64,000 bases of DNA from Marsupella aquatica (GCA_973895155.1 OZ316899.1:3183455-3247454); one strand, 5' to 3'; positions 12,301 to 23,943 are shown, counted from the first letter of the stretch. Notes: generated by a model not told the origin, from the sequence alone. Numbers and translations are program-made.

Positions 12301-13617
12301 GTAATTCAGAGCCACAAGTTGCAAGCTGCTGCAGTTTCCCATCTCTGCTGGGAGAGAGCCATTGATCTGGTTGACGGGCAGGTACAGCGTGACTAAGTTA
12401 GTCAGATTGCCAACGGAACTGGGTATCGGGCCCGTCAGCACGTTGTTTGACAAGTCAATTTTCTTTAACATGTGACAATTTCCCAGCTCGAAAGGAAGTT
12501 CTCCAGTCAGTTGACTTCCAGACATGTGTAGCACTTCCAGGCTAACCAAATTACCCACCTCCTTGGGAATGACACCGTCGAAAGTATTTGTCCCCACGTA
12601 CAACTGCATCAAGGACGTAAGGGCCCAGATGCTAGACGGGATGGTGCCAAAGAGAGAATTGTTACTGACATCAAGGTACTGCAGCTTGGAGAGCTTCCCA
12701 AGTTCCTCCGGTACAGTGCCTGAGAATGTATTTGAGTTCAGATTCAGTTCAATCAGTTCAGTCAAGTTGCCCAGCTGCGGAGGTATGACTCCAGAGAACA
12801 TGTTACTACTAAGATCTAGATTCTGCAGGCTCGACAAGTCGTCCAGAAGTGTTGCAAGACCTCCAGTGAGGGAGTTTTGGCCCAAATACAACTTTTGAAG
12901 GTTCACCAGGTTGCCAAGCTGGACTGGGATACTGCCTGAGAAACCATTGCTGTCTAGAGAGAGAAGCCGCAACTGGGTAAGGTTCCCTAGCTTAGACGGT
13001 ATACTACCAGTGAGACGGTTACCCGTAAGATCAAGATGAAGCAAGTTCGTTAAGCCATCGAAAACGCCGGTAATGCCACCGAGGAAACCGTTGTAGCTCA
13101 GATCCACATATTGCAAATTGACAAGATTGGCTAGCCTGGGAGGAAGAGTACCGCTCATCGTATTCATTGTCAGATCAAGGTACCGCAGATTGATGAGATT
13201 CCCCATCTGTTCCGGTATACTTCCGTTGATCGCAATATTGCTGCCCAAGTCTAGCACTTCCAAGTTAGAAAGCCTTCCAAACTCACCAGGTATAGGGCCC
13301 GAAAACATATTGAGGCTAAGATTGAGAGTTTGTAGATTGCTAAGTTGAAAGAGGTCAGGGAAAAGGGAACCAGAGAGATTCATGTCAGACAAGTTGAGAC
13401 CTGTCACACTGTTTCCAGTGCAAGTAACCCCCGTCCATTCGCAAACCGAGGAAACCCCTTCAACCCAATCCGACAAGCTCTTCATGGCCCCGTTCAAACT
13501 GCCCTTGAAAGCGAGGAGCACTGAAAGATCTGAGCCATGCGTCTGGCCAGCAACCAATCCTACGAATGAAAAGACCAGCAGCAGTACCAACGGCGTGTGC
13601 CGTCTACGACTTTCCAT
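9391..13617 (-). CDS. EMS1: EMS1/EXS-type LRR receptor-like kinase (LRR-X), intronless, 1408 aa
   Basis: Signal peptide, long LRR array, island-like MCSDFQVIAIPVSGFIQHHGVLDLSWN, TM helix, juxtamembrane KEPLSINVAMFERPLLRLTLADIL and a complete kinase (GDGGFG, HRDMKASN, DFG, GTFGYIPPEY). The ORF track starts at TTG 13662; the first ATG is at 13617. Confidence 0.93.
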   Translation of the reverse strand: MESRRRHTPLVLLLVFSFVGLVAGQTHGSDLSVLLAFKGSLNGAMKSLSDWVEGVSSVCEWTGVTCTGNSVTGLNLSDMNLSGSLFPDLFQLSNLQTLNLSLNMFSGPIPGEFGRLSNLEVLDLGSNIAINGSIPEQMGNLINLRYLDLTMNTMSGTLPPRLANLVNLQYVDLSYNGFLGGITGVFDGLTNLLHLDLTGNRLTGSIPSKLGNLTQLRLLSLDSNGFSGSIPVQLGNLVNLQKLYLGQNSLTGGLATLLDDLSSLQNLDLSSNMFSGVIPPQLGNLTELIELNLNSNTFSGTVPEELGKLSKLQYLDVSNNSLFGTIPSSIWALTSLMQLYVGTNTFDGVIPKEVGNLVSLEVLHMSGSQLTGELPFELGNCHMLKKIDLSNNVLTGPIPSSVGNLTNLVTLYLPVNQINGSLPAEMGNCSSLQLVALNYNQLSGDIPNEFSNLRNVLTFTVQGNYLTGQIPLWFGQWQAVKSIMLSSNGLIGTLPTELGNCSSLSMFAVADNNLIGEIPPGMCQAPLSILYLNQNLFTGVLDETFKDCKKLTELYLYNNHLSGSIPGYLSSIPLVILEFSGNNFTGNLPEELWDSQTLLEIQGNVNFLTGPISPRIGNLVSLLFLVLDNNNLAGPLPPELGKLVNLTFLSLQGNNIGGEIPADLCNCIRLTTLNLGSNRLTGRIPDGIGQLVNLDYLMVSHNQLSGPVPTSMCSDFQVIAIPVSGFIQHHGVLDLSWNNLSGMIPPEMGDCAVVVELILAGNQFTGPAPSELARLTNLTTLDLSCNALSGHIPPDLGEAHKLQGLNLAYNQFTGSVPPELGSIASLVKLNLTGNYLSGSIPESLGNLSSLSHLDVSDNQLSGEIPASLAKLVAVVGLNLQRNRLTGTIAALLSKSLIWHQMQTLNVSHNLLSGRIPRIIGNLTGLSYLDLSKNSFNGSIPGEIGNLMQLMYLDLSSNHITGEIPLELCDLFELEFLNMSDNSLQGRIPSSGVCGNFSAASFQQNGGLCGSVINFTCMSSYSDRNATTSLLSKGAILGITIGSIIALLSLVAVLLRWRLYRQEALTARIAEKTKLNMTLEPSVFLASGKMKEPLSINVAMFERPLLRLTLADILQATNSFCKTNIIGDGGFGTVYKAVLPDGRTVAIKKLGQARTQGNREFLAEMETLGKVKHRNLVPLLGYCSFGEEKLLVYEYMVNGSLDLWLRNRADALETLDWPKRFRIAMGSARGLAFLHHGFIPHIIHRDMKASNILLDADFEPRVADFGLARLISAYETHVSTDIAGTFGYIPPEYGQTWRSTTRGDVYSYGVILLELLTGKEPTGVDFKDIEGGNLVGWVRQMIKQGQAAELLDPVICNGGSWKKKMLDVLKVANLCTAEDPVQRPTMLVVVKILKDIEGSQQLPGFDVPS

Positions 13618-15065
13618 AGTTCTACAACGCGCTTCCACTTTAGCGTTTCTTCGCTGCACCAATAGTTTATCAAGAGTGTCGAATTTTTGCCTAGTCTTTA
13701 CGAGAAAATAGTTGAAATGTCCTCCAGAGAAACATAGTGAGGTAAACTTCTGAAACAGATACAGGCGACCTCGTCAGAACCCATACAAACACAGGAGGAG
13801 GATATCAATCAAAACAGAGAAAGTGTGAGGACGAAATCATGCAAATGGGCTCCGCGAGGACAATTTTGATGAAAGCAAATCCATCTATGAGAGATACAAA
13901 GTACTGTTCACGACGATGCTCCCTTGTGAAGCTATCCAGTGCACTTCTTGATAGCTTACATGGACTGAGTGCCACCTATACAAACCAACTGTAGAGCTAC
14001 TTACTGGATCTAAAGTCCTTGTACAAGACAAAAATCATAGCAGCCAACAAAGCAGACCTCGACTGGCTTAATCACGATGGGGCAATCCTCCATAAGGGGA
14101 GCTCGTGGCCGCATTGAGGGCTACCCTGTCAATGTGATCCAATCTTCGTAGACTTTCATGTACCCCAGTCATCGAGCAAGCAGATTGCTGACACTCCTCA
14201 AAAGAGTCACTTGGCGGAGATGAGCGGACGACTCGACTCCACCGCGCGACGCAACAGGAAAACACTGGGCTAGGCGCTATGATGCAGTACACGTACTTAT
14301 AACGACACGAAATTACCGAGCTACGGCCAGGAAAGGACAGGCCCTCTAGGATCTTGTGGACTACACAAAGATGGATTCCATACTGGATCGGGCCCTTTGG
14401 AGGCAGTCAGAAGTCCAAAAAATAGTCCAAGACATATAGTAATTACTGTTCTCATTCTACCTCCTCTGCACAGGGCGCCAACACTTGAATTCGGCGCCTA
14501 CAAAAATATTTAATTTTGGATAAACCCCAATATTTCATTGGATGACTACATGAATTCTGTTTGAACCTAAACTTGTTTGGTGTGATCTCTAAAGTAACAT
14601 ACCTACTGAAAAAAATGGGGACTTTTTGGACATATCCTAACACTCAATCTTACATCCTCAAAAATCTGAGCTTAGGGAACTTTCCTCTTAAGTCATTTAT
14701 TTCAAAGATGCATAGCATTTTTAAGCTTCCTTAGGATCTGTTAACTTATTAGACAAAGGTACCTAGCCTACTTTTGGTTTGAAATTTGCTCTAGGTAACT
14801 AAAGAAAATGCACAATTGTAGATTACACTTTGCAATGTTTGAGATTATGGGATTGAGCATTGGAGGTGTCCAAAAAGTCCCAACATAACTAATGTTTGCA
14901 AAGGTCTGGTTTTGTTAGATTTGAATATAAAAACATTGAATCGTGAAACAAGTGAAGAAGGATACAACTCAATGGTAGAGTGTCACTTTGCCGTGGTGAA
15001 AGTCATCAGTTCAAGAGTTCGGGATGAACTGGTGTGGTTATTCCACACCCGAGACACCAAAATAT

Positions 15066-15425
15066 TGTTGAGCAAATGATCATGACTCATAAGACAACAT
15101 GCACATATGTAACATCCACCAAATACAAGAAACTACATAGGAGATATGTGGTTCACCTCATCAGGGACTGCGTCCATGGGAACACACAAGAGAGTTTAAG
15201 CTTTAATGAACTCTAAGCCCGTCTGCCATACTGAGCGTCGACAGACTAAGCTCCTCCTGTCTCCCAATTGACTCTGTAACAATGAGCCCAAATTCCACTC
15301 ACTTGCTAAGTCCTACTAGTGTATAGGGTATTGGCACATCTAACCTTAGCCAAGCACATGACTATTGCTGTTAGACTAATTGTGATTACAAAGTAACTCT
15401 AGACCTAAGAGTAAAATATCTAACA
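15066..15425 (-). repeat. Putative copia 3' LTR (TGTTAG...CTCAACA)
   Basis: Starts with TG directly after the polypurine tract and has TGTT/AACA inverted ends. The distal end is inferred. Confidence 0.6.
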
Positions 15426-17650
15426 AACTCCCCCTTGACTCCGGTCTAGAGGGGAACGCAATCACTACTACCTATATGATTACTCAATGGGAAATTCTGG
15501 ACAAAAACCTATACTAAGTTTTCTCTCTCTAAACGAGCAAACCATAAGTTGGAGCCTATACAGGAATGCTCAAGTAAGAGCATATATTAGGGATTACAAA
15601 ATGCTAAGTTACTCTACTTGTGTCACAATTGCACACCTGTAATGTGGCACAATGCCTAGAAAAACTCTCCAAAGAAATCACTTTGATAAAGGCATCCGCT
15701 AGATTGAGTTTACTGTTAATCTTGACTAGCTCAAGCATCCTATCAGACACAACTTGTCTAATAAAGTGGTACCTTATGTCAATTTGCTTCACCCTATTGT
15801 CCATCACCTAGTTTGATTTACAACAAGATGCAAAGCACTTTGACTATTACAATGGAAATTCACATTCCGAGTGGAAATCCCATTTTCATGATTAACCTAT
15901 CCAACCATATAGTTTCCTTAGTTGCTTTTGTTGTTGCAATATACTCAGCTTCTATAGTAAATTGAGCTGTACATTTCTACAAAGTTGATCTCCAACTTAT
16001 GCACCCACCACCAAGTGTGAACACATACCCCATTGTCAATTTTCTCCAATCCAGATCTTGCCCATAGTCAGAGTCTACATAGACAACCAACATCTTGGCA
16101 TTGTCAATTTGCATCAAACAAAAAACCGAAATCAACAATACCCTTAAGATACCTAAGAACTCACTTCATTGCTTCCCAGTGCACCTTTCTTGGATTTGAC
16201 ATATACCTGCTCTGCTAATAGCCATGGCAGGCCTAGTGCAAGTCATCAAATACATGAGACTGCCCATACCCTTATGATAAGGGATTTTGGACAGAAGCCC
16301 CTTCTCCATGGCATCTATGGGACAGAAAATTGATGAAAGTTTGAATGTGGAACCAAAGCGGTACTCAATGGCTTGTTAATCCTCCATGTTGAACCTAATA
16401 GTTACTAGTCTTGCATAATTGCCCTGTGTCAACCATAGTTTACCATACTTCAAGTTCCTGGTTATCTCCATCCCCAAAATCCTCTTAGCTAGCCAGCCCT
16501 AAGTCCTTCATCCTAAACTGTACACTCAATAGTGCCTTGAGTTTAACAATGTCAGATCTATCATTAGCCACCATAAACATGTCATTCACATAAGGTACAA
16601 GAATAATAAAGTCATAGACCTTATTACTCACAAATTTCAAATACACACAAGGATCAAACTCACTTTGCTGAAATCCTTGTGCCCAAATAAACAAATTAAA
16701 CCTATGATTCCACTGCCTAGATGATTGCTTTAATCAATACGAGGATCATAGTAGCCTACAGACCAAGTGGCTATCTCATGAAGATTACTTCTTCCAAAGT
16801 ACCATAGCAAAAAAATTGGACAACATCCATTTGATCCAAACACAGACCAAACGTCACTACAAGTACACACAATAGTTGTATTGTCGAGTACTTATTAACT
16901 AGTGAAAAAACTTCATTATAGTCCACATCTTTTTCTTGTATGAAACCCTTGGCAAAAAGTCTAGCTTTGAAGATAGTCTCTCCACCATTTGCAGAGTTAT
17001 CCTTTAGCTTGGAAAGCCACTTGCTATCAACCACTTGATGTCCCTTAGGTAGCGGTATTAGCCCCCATGTCTTGTTGTCACTCAGTGATTGCATCTTAGT
17101 CTCCATGGGTGCAACCCACTTTTCTCCTTTTAAGCACGTGCCTCTTGATGTGAAGAAGGTTCATCTTTATCCAAGATCAACATAGTCCAATCATCATTAA
17201 GAGAAATATTAGCATCTTACAATTATGATGAATCAGCCCATTGGCCATACCTAAGATGATCGCATATTGTATGACCGAATGTCCTTCTAGTCAATGACTC
17301 TGGTTGATCTAATTATGCTAGTTGAATCTGAGGCGCAATAGCAACACCTTGTTGCTCACCAGGCATAATTTTCTCCTCTTGTTCTTGTGGCTCACAAACC
17401 AGCTCCATGATTGGAGCACCTCCTTGTATCACATCATGAAAACCATCATGATCAATCTCTCCCTCAACAAGTTCAGGGATATAAGATTTTCCTTTGTCAA
17501 TACGGGAAACCTAAGCGTTCTCCCCCTTTTTCAATAATTTGGACTCGTTGGAAAAAACACTCTACTGACAAACAACTTATAGGCAATATGATCTTATAGC
17601 CTATAACCCTTCACACCACTTTGGTAATCAAGAAAAATGTGGATTTCTAG
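15066..17650 (-). mobile_element. Ty1/copia 3' remnant: integrase tail, RT, RNase H, PPT, 3' LTR
   Basis: VKGYRL integrase tail near 17600; RT KTWGLIPLPKG...KARLFAKGF...QMDV (16771..17106); RNase H KQIDIRYHFIR...NLADAFIK (15604..15807); PPT GTCAAGGGGGAG next to the LTR. Confidence 0.92.
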
Positions 17651-17889
17651 AAATTGTTTATCGAGAGAGACTGGTCTTAACCAAAGCTATTGTGCAAAAG
17701 AAGTGGAAGGAAGACATAGACATTGAGGAGCACTTGGCTGAAATTATAGACCTAGAAAGTGAGAAGGAAGTGTCAGCCCACCCGTTAGTCGGGCGGTTAA
17801 TCGACAAATTGGAAGGCAAAGTGCAAAAGGATGTTAAGCAACTATTAATCGCAGGGTGAAGTTGACTCAAAGGCCACAAGATGCCCATC

Positions 17890-18285
17890 TTGGTGTAGAT
17901 AGGCGCCCACGGCATAATCACTTGCGTCTATGTAAATCTTGAATGTCTTCCCCATCTCAAATAACTTTAGAACTGTCGACATTATCATCAGTCGCTTAAG
18001 TTCTAGGAATGCTAATCTGCACAAACATTTTGTTTTCATAGTTAGCGCATTCAAGGGTCTCACAATCCTTGCATAGTCCTTTGTGTATCTCCAATAAAAC
18101 CCTGTAAATCCCAAGAAGGCCCTAACTTGCCTCACATTGGACGAGCACTCCCATTCTTTGATTTCCTTAAGCTTGTCCTGACTAGACATAATCCCTTCCA
18201 TGGTAAAGGTATGGCCGAGGAACTGAATCTTGTTCATTGCAAACTTGCACTTGCTAGGTTTAGCAAAGATACGAGCCTTACAAAG
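17890..18285 (-). mobile_element. Ty3/gypsy RT-RNase H fragment
   Basis: KPSKCKF...IQFLGH...VRAFLGFTGFY...DASDYAVGAYLHQDGHLVAFES. Cut at 18286 by a family-A element. Confidence 0.9.
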
Positions 18286-21200
18286 TGTGATGCCTAGCCA
18301 GGAATCACTAGGCCATTTAAAATGGTAAAACTGGGTGGTGTACACTAAAACACGTTAGTATAAGGAAGAAAAAGGAAAAAACTTAAACAAATAAGGGTAA
18401 CCATGGAATTCGAGTCGGGGCCAAAGGTAAACGCAACGGCAACCAGGGGGCACGATTAAGGTTAGGGCACGCTAAGCATAGTTGGCTGTAGGTAATCAAT
18501 GGGCGGCCAGACAAAGGCAGACAGGAGGGGGGTAAGAATTGTTCATCAAGGGCGGCGGCTCATTTGCGAGTGCTGATCAAGCAAGGGATTACGGGAAGAA
18601 GCCAACAAACTATCAGCTGCTTAGACAAACACTATGGGCAAAAGCAAAATACGAGCATCAACACGAAGTGGGAATGAGCAACATCAACCAAGCTGCACAT
18701 TTTTGGGGATGCCTGTTCAAATGGGCAATTGAATATATTGGAACTTACAAGGAGGAGTTGGATAGAGCGGCCCGAGAAAGACAGGAGCTCACTAGGTTGT
18801 GGGAACTGCAAAGGTCTGCCTTCCTTGGAGGAGAAGTCATCAAGGACGAGTTCTTGTGGATGCCTACTGTCAATTAGCTCGACAACCTTCTGTTCCATAA
18901 GAACATACTTGTCAACATTTGAGAGGCCATCAACTGCTGCAATGATAAACATTGGGACCTGAAGGGTAGCACGATGGCGTGGACAAAAGCAACAGTCTTG
19001 GGGGAGTTGTCAAGAGCAGCCAAGATGAAGAGAAATGTACCTATCAACAAAGAAGCCACCCCAACCAAAAGAACAAGGTTGGCGGCACGTAGGAAGTTGG
19101 CCGAGCAAGGGAGAAAGAGGCAAGAGCAGGCTAAGGAACCAGAAGTCGATCCAATCAACGCCATCCCCACAAGAGATGACACATGGAAGGGTTGGGCAAC
19201 GGTCCTACCAAAGGAGGTGCAGTTATACTTTGCATGAGACGAGGATGCATGTTTTACGACCATGTAGTCCCAAAAGTACCAAGCCTCCGTGGCTGGATCT
19301 AGCTTGGAGGCCTTTGTTAGATTACCTTGGCTCAAGCCGAAGGTGCCGAAATTAGACTTGTTGGAATTTGTAGGATCATGGGATCACAAGGCAGAAGCAA
19401 CCAAGGTATATGGAAGGGTATTCTATCTCACTCCCAAGATGATTGCCAAGGTATTTGGCTTGCCGATAGGCAATAAGACCAAGGTGGACACCCAGAAAAA
19501 CTTGTCGGATAAGGAGTTCAGATCGTTCCCTGGGCCATCAACAAAGAATGGCTTCTAGTGGTGGACCTTGCCACCCAGCGCCCTCACCAATCCCAACACT
19601 CACGCCTAAGTGCCCCTGGTGCCCAAACGCCTCCACAGAAGAGTTGGTATTGGCATGGCTAAGGGTGAAGCTCAAGCTTGAGTATGAAACTCAAGCTAGG
19701 AGATAAGGTTGAGCCTTGCCTTGGTGGTGAGCTATTGTTTGTGGAGGACAACCAGGTGGTTGAGTTCATACTCGGGGGGGTCACTATATGGAGGGCCATA
19801 CATCACTTGCGATGTTTTAGGGTTTTACCCCCCTAAGTTATAAGTGAAAATTTATTTTTTGCAAAGCCTTTTCTTTCTTTAAATTTTGTCATTTTTTTAT
19901 TAAAAAACCCCTAAAAACTTTAAAGAAAGTATTTTTTGCAATTAAAGAGGCCTGTGTTCTTTAAAGTTGACCAGTCAATAAAACATGCCCTATGTGTTCT
20001 TCCACTAAACTTTGGAAGTCTTACCTAAACCCTAAACCCTAAACTCCTCTCTTCTAGGTGCCTAATTTGTAGGGCCTAGTTGAGAGTTGGGAGGTAGTTT
20101 CTTTGATGGAAGAGGGACCTGGGGAAGTAGATGTGAAGGAATTGGGCTTATGTGTGCTTGGAGGTGTGTTGTCTAACCTTGAGTATAGCTGCCTTGGTAA
20201 TTGACTTGTTCATTCACCTACCGGTGTAGATTTGTCTTGCCTTTGGGGTCTGTGTAGCTTGGAAGGGGCACCTTTGTTGCAATCCTTACCCAATATCTAA
20301 AACATTGAAGGTAAGGTAGAAATTATTGGCTTCACTCTTGTGAAGCGCTGGCCAATTTTCCACTCAGTTTGGGAGAAGAAAACATTGAAGGATGATAAGT
20401 AAGGAGTGTGGAAGGGAAGAGCTTTTCTCCGTGATTGAGGCTTTGTTTGCTTGAGAGTTGAAGTTCTTAAAGTTGTTATGACGGTGTAGAACAAGAGTAG
20501 ATAGACTATTTTGAAGCCTTGTTTTTGATAGACTTGTTTGAGGGGTCGAGATGCAATCTTATACATACTGCTTGGTGTTACTTGCTAGGAGGGTCTTGAT
20601 GGAGACCTATAGTTATATTAATTTGATTATTGAGGAGAAGTTGTCCTCAATTTTGTAAATGGATGAGTTACTTTGCTTTGGCTATGGATGAGGTGGATAT
20701 TTTCATGATGCTTGGTTGATTAGAAGTCTTGTTGCTTAGAGTTGTCTTGTTGGAAATTGTCTACTATCTCAAGCGGCCATACACCCAGCGTGTTTTTCAA
20801 GACCTTTCCCACCTTTTTGCTTATCCTCAGGACAACGCTGAGACCAGAATGGCCCCGACTCTAGCAACCAACTCCCGGTTTTTGCCCCACTGATAGTCTA
20901 GGCGCCAAGCACCCTTGGAACTCAACCTCCACGCCTACTTGGCCTTGCCTCCCCAACGCAAGCTACCTTGGGAGACTGAATGCGGCTTGGCTGTTGTTCA
21001 GCAAGATTTGGCAAGTGGGCGAGCTAACACCCACAAACCTCAAGAACCTATGGCGCCCCCAGACCCAGCTGAGCTCAGGAGGACGTATCCTTCCTTGAGA
21101 GATTTTCAACGCACCCAAGAAGTCCTCCAACAGACTTCCCATTGGGAAGATATTGTCGTTTTTGTTTGTCGCTTTCCCTTAGTGTCGCGACCATCGCGGC

Positions 21201-23180
21201 TCACGACTTTGGCTCGCCCTTACCTTCCAGGGAGACACCACTCCCTCATATATGCTTTTGGAGACCTGCCACCCCTGGACCAACTTTGGTCCTAAACTTT
21301 TGGCCTCCAACCCGGATCCTATCGCGCATAATGGGTGCGCCATTAATTGGCAACGCCCGTAACTTTCTTGTTAGGCATCCGCAAGCGGAGTACATTAGCC
21401 CGTTGTGATTGGGCCAACCCAATGCTCATGCCTAGGCCCTCAGGTGTGATCACCGCTTAGGTCTCCAATCGGCCAAACCCGGATCGGGCCATAACTCATG
21501 CCCCAAGCGTTCGTTGCCCATGGCGTCAACTCCATTGGCCTTGGGCCCAAGAGGAGCTCACACTCAAGCCCTCAGAACTCAAAGTCCATCCGTGGGTCCG
21601 TACAGTCGACCTTGAGCCCGGCCCCTTTTCCCCTTGACCCGACCAGTTCTCAGCTAGCCTAAGTCCCGACCAGCTCTCAGCTAGCCTAAGTCCTTAGTGT
21701 GTGTCACTAGCTTGGCTCGTTGCCTTTGCTAGTGCCACGTCTCATTGCCCACAAGTCTCCCCATGCCAAGTCCTCCCCGGATGGCCTATCCGGGCCTGGC
21801 CCACAAGGGAGCTTGGCGTTGGAGTCAGCAACGCCGGAGCTAAGTGTTAAGGTAGTCAAGTTCCGCAACTCTTCTTCTGGAACACCTACACCAACCCGCA
21901 CATAGGAGAAATGATTGATTTCATGTGGGTGACCATGCACTGCACTTTGGCAAGGCCGGAGATAGGCAAGGCATAGATCTACCTTGTAGAGAGGCCAGAC
22001 CCAAGTTGGGACTACAACGGGTACCTCCTCACCCAATTGATGAAGATCTTGAAGGACGAACAACAAGTAATAGGCCCCCTGAGCATGTCCTGGCTTGGTT
22101 ATCAAATGCCGTTGTTGTGTGCTATGCCCAGAGTCAAACCTTTGCACTGGTACTTCCCTTGTAGGCAAGGGCACCAGAACAGGAGTTGGACTATAGGCAG
22201 GCAACAAGGAAGCCCAAACCGCCCGGTAGCCCCATGATAGATCAGATTTAATTTCATGCCAAGGCCGGTAGCCATGCCGAGCCAGCAACCAGCCTTGCTA
22301 AGCATTTTGCAGATGCTGCAAAAAGAGAAGCCAAAAATTGTGGCACAAGCATTGGTTCAGGGCACTGTTCAAGAGGCAGGCCCAGGAAGACCAACAAGGG
22401 CAGATCCCTTTGCCGGGGCTACGGACAGAAGGGGGCCAGAACACAAACCAGGAGTGCGGATGTACATGGGAGGCTCGAGTCTGGATCAGAGGGACAAGGG
22501 CCCAAGGTTCCAGTCACAATGAGGAAGGGGAAAGGCAAGCGTGGGAACCAAAGCAGAGGCCAGCACCCATGTACACTTTCCAGCAGGAGGCTGCATTTGC
22601 GGCTAGTTCAGTAGAAGACCATGAGGAGGAACCCAAACCCCAAGCCGGGAGCATGGAGGATTATGAAGATGAAGACTTTGGCTACAAGGGGGATTGGCTT
22701 GTACCAGGAGTCAAGAGCCATGGCCACTTCATCCCCACACTTTTGGGAGTGGTTCGTGGGGACCCAAAGCAGCATAGGAGCCCTGAGTCTCGCCCACCAA
22801 ATGTCCCTCCTCTGACTTGCGATGGGATGAAACAGGCCGCGTAGGAGTTGCGTGAGCAACTCAGAGATCTGGCTAAAGAAACCCTGGCCAAGGAGGAGGA
22901 TTTACCAAGGAGAGGATGGCCAGAAGACATTCGGAGGCATGGGAACAAAGACCACGATGGGAGATGCCGGTGTCTCCTACCCACTCCACGTATGCACATT
23001 GCAGAGCCCTGGAGTACAAAAGGATGTGTGGATTACTTGCCCTGAGCATCTTTGGGGAAGAGTTGGAGATGGGGCCGTTTATCCAAAGGGAGGTGTCAGA
23101 TAAAAGCCGGTTGGAAGAAGCAGTGGCTTTGGAAACGATGAAGAAGGAAGAGGTCATCCAATGGCTTAAAGAGAGCCAGT
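18286..23180 (+). mobile_element. Family-A element copy 1 (TGTGATGCCTAGCC start; long decayed ORF), interrupted by a family-C solo LTR
   Basis: Same terminus and ORF as 52217-54825. The ORF resumes after the 19557-21870 insertion (KNGF|FWNTYTNPHIGE). No gag/pol recognised. Confidence 0.8.
19557..21870 (-). mobile_element. Family-C solo LTR, 2314 bp, AGT...ACT ends, 5-bp TSD CTTCT
   Basis: CTTCT at 19552-19556 and 21871-21875. Removing the insert restores the family-A sequence. No coding domains recognised. Confidence 0.85.
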
Positions 23181-23943
23181 CCTCCTCATAAGCTTGTCCT
23201 ACAAGGCAGGTCGTTTCCTCCTCCCAAGGTTGCGGTTGATGCCTATGAATGATTGGCAACCTCAAGTCCGTCCTTGTCATGGCTGCACCAAGCTGATCTT
23301 CTTGGCCCACCTCCAAGACTGCCAACTTTACTGTCGTAACCTCGCACAAGGTCGGTGCCATGTCCTCCACCTCAGTCACGGTGGCCTGAGGAACCATGTT
23401 GCTTCCTGACCCGAAAGGTTTTTGATTCTTCTTGTTCTTCCCTTCCCAGGCAGCCACTGCCTTCCCCTTGCCAATTACTTCCAACATGGGTAAGGGTGCC
23501 TTGGCTTGTCATTTGGCCAGTACCACGCCCTGCAACCCTGTTGCCGCTTCCTGGGGTCCACTTGGTGTAGCTGGGCGTTTCAACTCCTCCGCTAGTTTCT
23601 TCAACCGCTCCATTTGGTTGTTCGACCGCCGCTGCAAGTTCTCCATCTTCCGCATGGTGTCCTCCAACTCCTTCTGGGTCTCATCCAAATCCCCGCAAGC
23701 TTCCTCCACCTCCTTTTGATTTTTGTCCAACGCCTTCCGTAAGGCCACCCTCTCCTCCTGGGTTGCTCTCAGCTCCGCGTTGAGCTTGTGGACGACATCA
23801 AACTCCATCTTGTTCATCTTCTCATAGGTTTGATCAAGCCTGTCGTCCTTCCTACACAGGTTGGCTTGAAAGTTGGGCGACAGGGTTGCGAGATCCTCCT
23901 TCACCTGATCAACACCCCTGTAGGTCCTATCCAATTTGGCATT
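23181..23943 (-). mobile_element. Family-A element copy 3, distal part (coiled-coil ORF)
   Basis: Continues ORF 42149..42709 in frame across the CACTA insertion (…RKDFQ*KN|AKLDRTYRGVDQ…). Confidence 0.8.

Noticed and set aside
13618-13662. 15-aa N-terminal extension of EMS1 in the ORF track
   Set aside because: It starts at TTG. The first ATG (13617) is followed directly by a plausible signal peptide.
10256-13711. Plus-strand ORFs overlapping EMS1
   Set aside because: Antisense shadows of the LRR/kinase coding sequence with no recognisable motifs.
14618-14881. Possible MITE defined by a 15-bp inverted repeat (GGGACTTTTTGGACA)
   Set aside because: No target-site duplication and no second copy in the window; cannot be supported.
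20024-20043. Telomere-like CCCTAAA repeats
   Set aside because: Under three units, inside an LTR; common telo-box-like sequence, not an interstitial telomere.
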